In this document: piece after piece, positions 58,127-64,000 of the stretch
Layout of the letters: every line of letters starts with the position of its first letter
Numbering within the stretch: position 1 is the stretch's first letter
Assembly (NCBI GenBank): GCA_963835125.1
Contig: CAWIEG010000011.1
Coordinates: 16,769 to 80,768, forward strand
Length of the DNA: 64,000 nucleotides
Direction of reading: 5' to 3'
Origin: an uncultured Acidobacteriaceae bacterium
GTDB lineage: Bacteria; Acidobacteriota; Terriglobia; Terriglobales; Acidobacteriaceae
The notes under the pieces: model-generated
Databases searched by the model: none
The model's input: only the letters and a program-made list of their open reading frames with translations
Told to the model about the DNA's origin: nothing
Translations under genes and position numbers: made by a program

Positions 58127-59131
58127 TTAAAATCGCTCTCCCACCAGCGCTTCGCTTTTCTTCCAGAGCGCCTCAGCCGTCGTTGGATCGAGCGCGTAAC
58201 CGCGTACCCCTTCGCTCATGACCGTGACGGTTACGTCATCCGGAATAACCTGGCCGACATGACAGTTCTCGCAATATCTGCCGCCGATCTCGTCAGCGCT
58301 TGCCACAACAGCGGCCCACACCGAAGTTGCGGCTCCCTGCGGAATGGTTTTCCATTGGAAAGGTCCCTGGCCTTCAGCTGCGAGCTGTTGGTTGATTTGC
58401 TCGAGTAATTTCTCTAATGCGCTGGGATCCATGTGCCGCCCTAGCTCCGTCTGAATGCCTCCTGGGTGCACCGCCGCGGCACGTATGCCCCGGCTCCGGT
58501 GCCGTGCGTCGAAGGCAACGGCGAAAAGAATGTTCGCTGTTTTCGATCGGCCATAGGCAACGAACGGATCGTAGGGCGTGCGCTCGAAATTGGGATCCTC
58601 GAGATCGACATTCGAGAAGCGATGTCCCGAGGAGGAGAGATTGATTAGCCGGCCACCGTCTCGGAGAAGAGGGGCTATCCGGTTGACCAGGACAAAGTGG
58701 CCCAGGTGATTGGTTCCGAACTGCGTCTCGAATCCATCAGCCGTTTTGCCGAATGGTGTGGCCATGACCCCGGCGTTAGTGATGATTACGTCGAAGGGCT
58801 CGCCTTTCTGCAGCAGTCGATCGGCACAAGCCCGCACGCTTTTCAGATTGGCGAGATCGAGTTCGATCAGCTCCAAGCCGCCGCCGTTCGCGGCGGCGTC
58901 CTTTCGCACTTGCGTGGTCGCGCGTTCGGCTTTGTCCAAGTCGCGCGCCGCCCCGAGGACATACGCGCCATGCGCGGCAAGAGACCGCGCCGTTTCAACT
59001 CCCAGCCCGGCTGAGACGCCGGTAACCAGAATGCGTTTGCCGCGCAGATCGACGCCGGCCAAAACCTGGTCGGTGCTCGATGTCGCTCCCAATGATTGCT
59101 CCGTGGTTACTGCTTGTAATGAGTCCGCCAT
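58127..59131 (-). CDS. Short-chain dehydrogenase/reductase (classical SDR)
   Basis: ILVTGVSAGLGVETARSL (TGxxxGxG), NAGVMA, SSSGH...YGRSKTAN (YxxxK). Confidence 0.88.
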   Translation of the reverse strand: MADSLQAVTTEQSLGATSSTDQVLAGVDLRGKRILVTGVSAGLGVETARSLAAHGAYVLGAARDLDKAERATTQVRKDAAANGGGLELIELDLANLKSVRACADRLLQKGEPFDVIITNAGVMATPFGKTADGFETQFGTNHLGHFVLVNRIAPLLRDGGRLINLSSSGHRFSNVDLEDPNFERTPYDPFVAYGRSKTANILFAVAFDARHRSRGIRAAAVHPGGIQTELGRHMDPSALEKLLEQINQQLAAEGQGPFQWKTIPQGAATSVWAAVVASADEIGGRYCENCHVGQVIPDDVTVTVMSEGVRGYALDPTTAEALWKKSEALVGERF

Positions 59132-59264
59132 TTGTTTCTCCTTCTATAGTCCGGCCTGTGACAGGTGCGATATTGACTAGCCTCCGATGCTTCAGATAAA
59201 ACGGAGACTATCTCCGAAATATGAGATAATCGGAGGCAGTCTCCGGTTGCATAATTTTTTTGCC

Positions 59265-59846
59265 ATGGTTAGGAAAGCTTCTAAGGCTCCTTCGCGAAAG
59301 CCCCGTAGCGACGCTCAACGTAATCGTGAGCGCATTCTGGAAGTTGCGAAGGAGGCATTCACGCGGTCTGGAGCCAACACCAGCCTGGATGACGTGGCGA
59401 AAGACGCAGGAGTTGGAGCAGGAACGCTGTACCGCCATTTTCCTACGCGGGATATGCTGCTCGAAGCGGTGTATCGCACCGAGGTAGAGAAGCTGGCAGC
59501 CGCCCAGCAGAGGTTCGCCGAGACCATGCCGCCGGTCGAGGCATTGCGCGCTTGGATGCTGCTGTTCGTGGACTACATCGCGACCAAGCAGATTATCGCG
59601 CCGGCACTGAACACACTCGTCGGTGGTCCGTCAAAGCTGTATGAAGGTACGCGCGCTCACATCCAGGGCGCCATAGAAGCGCTAGTGAAGCGCGCCATTA
59701 AAAGCGGCGACATCCGCAAGGATCTCGAGCCATTCGATCTGCTGCGCGCCCTCATCGGCGTGTCGAATGTGGCGTCGAGCCCAGACTGGAAGCAAAGTGC
59801 CCGTAGGCTTGTGGATATCCTCATTTCCGGTTCGCGGGCTATCTAG
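59265..59846 (+). CDS. TetR/AcrR-family transcriptional regulator
   Basis: RNRERILEVAKEAFTRSGANTSLDDVAKDAGVGAGTLYRHFPTRDMLLEAV. Divergent from the SDR/AKR genes. Confidence 0.9.
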   Translation: MVRKASKAPSRKPRSDAQRNRERILEVAKEAFTRSGANTSLDDVAKDAGVGAGTLYRHFPTRDMLLEAVYRTEVEKLAAAQQRFAETMPPVEALRAWMLLFVDYIATKQIIAPALNTLVGGPSKLYEGTRAHIQGAIEALVKRAIKSGDIRKDLEPFDLLRALIGVSNVASSPDWKQSARRLVDILISGSRAI

Positions 59847-59910
59847 CAGGTACGCCGGGTGACCTGCAAAAACAATGGATCGGTCACTCGTCTAATAACG
59901 GACAGTTATT

Positions 59911-59995
59911 TGGTGCGAAAGGGGGGACTCGAACCCCCACGGTTTTACCCGCCAGATCCTAAGTCTGGTGCGTCTGCCAATTCCGCCACTTTCGC
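59911..59995 (-). tRNA. tRNA-Leu (anticodon TAG), CCA encoded
   Basis: The minus strand reads GCGAAAG-TG-GCGGAATTGGCAGACGC...CCAGA-CTTAGGA-TCTGG, then a long variable arm, GGGGGTTCGAGTCCCCC, then CTTTCGC-A-CCA. Confidence 0.92.
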
Positions 59996-60017
59996 ACGAT
60001 AGGTAACATCTCTACAA

Positions 60018-61190
60018 TCAAGCAGTTGCGAGGGTTGTCGTTTCCGATCTGACGACGAATAAACCGCCGGTGGCAGTTCTGGTGGCGCTTTCGTTTTCCA
60101 TATCCCCGGTTTTCGCGTCCTCAGTCTTCACCATCGGAACCAGCCGCGCAACTGCGTCCTGGCGGTGACTGGGGGCCAAATGGGAATAGCGCCACGTCAT
60201 AGCCGGTGAACGATGGCCCAACAGGTCCCCGACTGTTCGCAGGGGAACCCCGGCCATTACTAGCCTACTGGCAAAGGTGTGACGGTTGCAATGCCAAGTG
60301 TAGTCAGTCAGCCCGGCGGTTTCCACAACGGCATTGAACCAGTCCCGATACCGCGTCAGACTCTCGCCCTTTTCGTTGACGTGGACCAATGGCGAGTTCC
60401 CCGCCCAGACTTTCAGGGTTGTGAGTGCGCCCAGGGCGACCGCGTTTAGGTCAATGTCCCGCGCCGTGCCGTTCTTCGTCTTGTACAGTTGCAGCTTGCG
60501 CCCTTGCCAACGGATTTGATTCCACTGCAACGAGAACTGCTCCCCGGCCCGCATCCCTGTATGCAGACTGAGCAGGAATGCCGGGACACATTCCGGGTGC
60601 TCCTCTTGCAGTTTGGCGCAGATCGCCTTTTCCTCAGCTTCGGACAGGAACCGGGTGCGCCCGTTGTCCTCGTCCACCTTGCGCTTCTTGAACATTCGCG
60701 CAACCGGGTTCTTCTCAATGCGAGCGTTCGCCATGCCTTGACTGTATGCAAGACTGATGGCCGCGTGCCATCGCATCATGGTTGCGCGCTTCCAATTCTC
60801 TTGCGCGGCCCTGGCGACAAGCCACCGGCGGACTTCTTGCTTTTCGATGTCCCCTGCTGGCCGCGTACCGAACACCGGACGCAAGATGTCGTACTTGATG
60901 CGGATCTCCGTTGTCGTGCGCGCGCCGTTTTCGGATTTGCTGTATTCCAAGGCATCGTCCAGCAGCTCGCCAAACGTGACCGGCTTGGCGCGCAAGGTTT
61001 CTGGCAGTTTCTTGCCTTGCAAGGTTTCGGTGTGTCGCTTGTCTAGCAACTTCTCGGCACTGCTGTACGGGCCTGCTTTCTCGCGGCGTCTGCGGCCCTG
61101 GGCATCCGTGTATTGAATCCACCACACGCCACTTCCGGGTACTCTCTCATAGATTCCCCGGCGCTTGCTGGTGCTCTTTTCGCCGTTCAT
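60018..61190 (-). CDS. int: Tyrosine-type site-specific integrase
   Basis: MNGEKSTSKRRGIYERVPGSGVWWIQYTDAQGRRRREKAG... The C-terminal catalytic region has LLSLHTGMRAGE...HCNRHTFASRLVMAGVPLRTVGDLLGHRSPAMTWRYSHL (R...HxxR...Y). ATG at 61190. Confidence 0.9.
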   Translation of the reverse strand: MNGEKSTSKRRGIYERVPGSGVWWIQYTDAQGRRRREKAGPYSSAEKLLDKRHTETLQGKKLPETLRAKPVTFGELLDDALEYSKSENGARTTTEIRIKYDILRPVFGTRPAGDIEKQEVRRWLVARAAQENWKRATMMRWHAAISLAYSQGMANARIEKNPVARMFKKRKVDEDNGRTRFLSEAEEKAICAKLQEEHPECVPAFLLSLHTGMRAGEQFSLQWNQIRWQGRKLQLYKTKNGTARDIDLNAVALGALTTLKVWAGNSPLVHVNEKGESLTRYRDWFNAVVETAGLTDYTWHCNRHTFASRLVMAGVPLRTVGDLLGHRSPAMTWRYSHLAPSHRQDAVARLVPMVKTEDAKTGDMENESATRTATGGLFVVRSETTTLATA

Positions 61191-61882
61191 TTCCGCTGTC
61201 CTTTCTTGGCTAGTTCTCTCTTGGCTTGTTCTCTTGCGCGTAACTCCTGCCGTTTTTCGTTTTGCCGGTAGTGGTGCATATACAGCTTGCGGTTTTCCTT
61301 GAAAACCTCGCTCTGGGCTGCTTCGCGCTGCCGACAGTTCCGTGAGCAGTATTTTTGCCATTCTGTTCCTGCGTAGAACCATCGTCGGCATTCGTTCCGC
61401 TGGCAACGACGAAGCCGATGCAGATTCCCGGATTCCAGCAGTTCGAGCACGAAACCCAGCCAAAGGGTTTCGCAAAAGTGCGTTGGCTCTATCGGGTGCC
61501 AGCGTTTCAGCCGCATCCCGCGGGCATCTGCGAGCAGAATGATGGCTTCGCGCGTGCGCAGGAATTTCAGTTGTGCGTTAATCCGCTCCAGGAGGCGCTT
61601 TCCGCTGGCACTCAATTCCGCCGCTGCCGGGTTCTTCAGTTGCAAGTTGGGCCATGCCCACGTACGTCCGGTAATGGGGTTAACCGTGCTTACCGGATCG
61701 GTTGCGTGCGGTTCGAGTTGTGCTATTGCTGCTCGAACCCGCTCCAGTTCTTCGAGATCACCGCAGAGTTGCTGGAGTCGGTTAACAAGTTTTTCCGGGA
61801 GCACCACAGCCTTATTCTCGCCGTTTAGCACTTTCACCAATTCATCAATCCCCGGTTGTAACCTACGCATGCGTGCATTCAT
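61187..61882 (-). CDS. CGNR-type zinc-finger protein (ABATE-like)
   Basis: The C-terminus LHRLRRCQRNECRRWFYAGTEWQKYCSRNCRQRE fits the CGNR zinc-finger pattern. The stop overlaps the integrase start by 4 nt. Confidence 0.6.
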   Translation of the reverse strand: MNARMRRLQPGIDELVKVLNGENKAVVLPEKLVNRLQQLCGDLEELERVRAAIAQLEPHATDPVSTVNPITGRTWAWPNLQLKNPAAAELSASGKRLLERINAQLKFLRTREAIILLADARGMRLKRWHPIEPTHFCETLWLGFVLELLESGNLHRLRRCQRNECRRWFYAGTEWQKYCSRNCRQREAAQSEVFKENRKLYMHHYRQNEKRQELRAREQAKRELAKKGQRK

Positions 61883-61963
61883 ACAATGTCATTCATAACA
61901 CTTGCCGGACGTGCCGTCAAATGCGAACCTATGCGCGTAAGTATGTAAAAGGAGACCGCAACG

Positions 61964-62218
61964 ATGGACGTTACAGCGGCAGCAACAGTACCGACACAGC
62001 GCAAGACACGACGCGGATGGGAGTCACACCAGCAGACGCCGCTACTCGTGAGCAAGGGGGATGCGGCTGCTATGCTCTCTCTCTGCGTTCGAACCATTGA
62101 CAAGCTAATTGCGACTAAAGAGCTACCGGCCCGCCGGGTAGGAAAGCGAATTTTGATTCCGTTTTCCGCGCTGCAGCAGTTTGCCCGCCGCGATCACATT
62201 GGCCCAGTGTCGCAATGA
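61964..62218 (+). CDS. Excisionase-family / MerR-like helix-turn-helix protein
   Basis: LLVSKGDAAAMLSLCVRTIDKLIATKELPARRVGKRILIPFSALQQFARRD. The start is uncertain; an internal MLSL... start is possible. Confidence 0.6.
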   Translation: MDVTAAATVPTQRKTRRGWESHQQTPLLVSKGDAAAMLSLCVRTIDKLIATKELPARRVGKRILIPFSALQQFARRDHIGPVSQ

Positions 62219-62543
62219 GCACACGGTAGCATCACCACAGCCAGATGCCCGTAACTTTCGGGCGCATGTTGGGCGTACCCCGGATGCTGCGGGCATCTCG
62301 GGTGGCGCGTGGGACCCTGCGGCGCAGAAAAACTTTGAAAGAGAGCGAGCTACAAAAGGTGATTGATGACGGGAGCAAATCGCCCGCGCCACATCGCCAG
62401 GGCGATACGGTGTGACGTGCTGCGGGATGCGGTTCTGGAGCGCGAGTAAGCACGCTTGGAGTCGGAATGTGCCCCCAAAGCCTACCGATGTGGTCAGAGG
62501 CGCACACAGAGCCGCCCAGAGCCATTTACGGGGTATTGCTTGA

Positions 62544-62984
62544 ATGACGGTGATGATTGATTCGTTCTTCGGCATCCATCCGTTCGTCGTGCGTTCAGGA
62601 TTATGGGCGAAGATGAAGCCGTCAGAACAGAGCTTCTACGTTTTCCTAATGGAGCGATCTGAGTGCCATTGCAGCCATGAAATCCAGGTGAAGGACAGTG
62701 ATCTGAAGCCGAGTGTCGGCGTATCTTCCCGTGCCGCTTGCAACGCCCGCAAGAAGCTCAGGGAGTACGGTCTCATCCAGTACAAAGCCGGGCAGGGAAA
62801 TCGCTATACCTATAGGATCTGTGACCCGAAAACTAAACAACCGTATCCCGTCGATGCAAAGATGCCAATGCGGCCGCCCAAAAGCCCTCGCGGTGCTGGC
62901 CAAGACCCGGTGCCTTCGCGCCGCCAAGAGCCGAAAAAGGCAGCGCCGGAGTCATACGGCGTCCCTCTGAGATTCGACAGCTAA
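62544..62984 (+). CDS. Hypothetical protein, probable winged-helix DNA-binding protein of the element
   Basis: ...LKPSVGVSSRAACNARKKLREYGLIQYKAGQGNRYTYRICDP... followed by a basic, Pro-rich tail. Confidence 0.45.
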   Translation: MTVMIDSFFGIHPFVVRSGLWAKMKPSEQSFYVFLMERSECHCSHEIQVKDSDLKPSVGVSSRAACNARKKLREYGLIQYKAGQGNRYTYRICDPKTKQPYPVDAKMPMRPPKSPRGAGQDPVPSRRQEPKKAAPESYGVPLRFDS

Positions 62985-63187
62985 CCGGCGTATATTTCAA
63001 TCCTGAGTTCGTTCGCCCTTGCGTCACCCGTGACCTCCGATTGTGGAGTGACAGTAAGGCGGAGCGGGGAAGGCGATGCCCCACGCCTCATCGGCGTCAA
63101 CAAGGCAGAAGGAGAATTCCCTACTCGCGGACGGGCGGATTCGGATACTATCATCGTTTACAGAGAAAGAAATCGGTTAGAGGGCGC

Positions 63188-63967
63188 TTGAAAGACACAG
63201 AATTATCCAACGAAGGGGAAACGACTGCCTATTCCTCGATTCCGGCGAAGGATTTAGAGGAGATTTTTCCCCGGCCTGCCGTCAAAGAAGTCGCGTTTGA
63301 AATCAGGTTTTCCCCTAGGCTGCGCATTCGAGAGCAGCTCTGGCAATTTCAGGACCTGATCGCCAATGATTACCCTGACGCCTCGGAAGATCAGATGTTG
63401 ATTCATCCTGAGCGGCTCACCCCTGCACACGTATTTTCAAATCCGGCAGAATTGCGCTCCATCAAGATTTCACAAGAGAACTTCGTTGTGAGTGTCCTTC
63501 GTTACACGACGTACGAGGAGTTCAAAGAACTGGCACTAAGTCGTGCAGGCGAGTTTTGCAAGACCTTCTCAATAGAGAGATTCGTCCGCGTCGGATTACG
63601 CTATATCAACCATATCGAAGTTGGAGCACAGCAACCCCTCATAATGCTGCAACGCTATGTGAATGCTCCGCTGCGATTTGACCGCTTTGAAGCGAGTACA
63701 GTCACCCAGTTACTATCTGAGTTCCGCTTGCGCTTTCAAAAGCATCAAATGACCCTGCGCGGTGCATTATTACAGGTTCCTGATCCGGGCGGAAGCTACG
63801 CTCAGCCGAGTCCATACATTTATGTGCTCGATCTTGACTGCTATGCGGAGAACGAGACGTTGTCTTCGCTGAGCTCTCTGCTCGATGTCTTTCATGAGGC
63901 GATCCAGATCGAGTTCCTGCGTCACGTGACCGAAGAATATAAGCGGACCATGAGGTCGGAAAAATGA
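63188..63967 (+). CDS. TIGR04255-like family protein (function unknown)
   Basis: The N-terminus ...FPRPAVKEVAFEIRFSPRLRI...W.FQDLI..DYPD and the later GLRYINHIE recall the TIGR04255 family. TTG at 63188 was chosen; the upstream part of ORF 63041 is Arg-rich and unlikely to be coding. Confidence 0.5.
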   Translation: MKDTELSNEGETTAYSSIPAKDLEEIFPRPAVKEVAFEIRFSPRLRIREQLWQFQDLIANDYPDASEDQMLIHPERLTPAHVFSNPAELRSIKISQENFVVSVLRYTTYEEFKELALSRAGEFCKTFSIERFVRVGLRYINHIEVGAQQPLIMLQRYVNAPLRFDRFEASTVTQLLSEFRLRFQKHQMTLRGALLQVPDPGGSYAQPSPYIYVLDLDCYAENETLSSLSSLLDVFHEAIQIEFLRHVTEEYKRTMRSEK

Positions 63968-64000
63968 ACACAACAGTTACGAAATTAGATTCGAAAGAGA
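63964..64000 (+). CDS. Start of a further cargo gene (truncated by the window end)
   Basis: The ATG overlaps the TGA of the previous gene (ATGA): MNTTVTKLDSKE... Confidence 0.3.
   Translation, partial: MNTTVTKLDSKE

Larger units (their letters stand above)
59996..64000. mobile_element. Integrative element (partial; continues beyond the window) abutting tRNA-Leu
   Basis: A tyrosine integrase lies 22 nt from the tRNA. It is followed by a co-transcribed CGNR zinc-finger gene, then a divergent excisionase-like HTH, a wHTH protein and cargo genes. The right end and att repeats are not visible. Confidence 0.6.

Noticed and set aside
60018-61475. Full 485-aa integrase ORF, and the similarly extended N-termini of recQ (33357), DUF1015 (9443), LacD (3332) and the TIR protein (51373).
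   Set aside because: The extensions are Arg-rich or run through REP elements. Internal ATG or TTG starts with SD-like sequences reproduce the canonical family N-termini.

Overview
GC-rich bacterial chromosomal window. Gene content (VWA pair, GloVer-repeat protein, fused spermidine-synthase-like membrane protein) and the very dense small intergenic repeats suggest Acidobacteriota, but that assignment rests on memory only.

About 1-49 kb is mostly housekeeping:
- S9 peptidase, LacD-like aldolase, BrnTA, rph
- a cell-wall gene string: amidase, GerM-like protein, murI
- DUF1015, two VWA proteins, ATP-dependent DNA ligase, RlmI-like methyltransferase
- hsp20, clpB
- rplM-rpsI, rpsB-tsf, recQ, pyrH
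- rpmI-rplT-pheS-pheT, rapZ

After tRNA-Ser(CGA) at 49.6 kb the content becomes accessory:
- a PLP decarboxylase
- a TIR-WGR fusion protein, a patatin phospholipase and a small SLOG-like protein. This is the best candidate for an undescribed defence or signalling module.
- oxidoreductases with a TetR regulator
- from tRNA-Leu(TAG) at 59.9 kb, an integrative element that runs off the window: tyrosine integrase, CGNR zinc-finger protein, excisionase-like HTH, wHTH protein, TIGR04255-like cargo.

Three window-wide oddities:
1. At least seven genes, including essential pheS and murI, have broken reading frames, often twice per gene. This is either genuine decay or assembly indels.
2. A family of 7-nt-periodic (heptad) tandem arrays occurs at 9 or more loci, often as inverted pairs next to start or stop codons.
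3. Several REP-like palindromic families are present. One of them sits inside coding sequences: in frame in pheT and the DNA ligase, frame-breaking in murI.

No rRNA genes and no CRISPR arrays were seen. All domain calls come from reading the translations; no searches were run.
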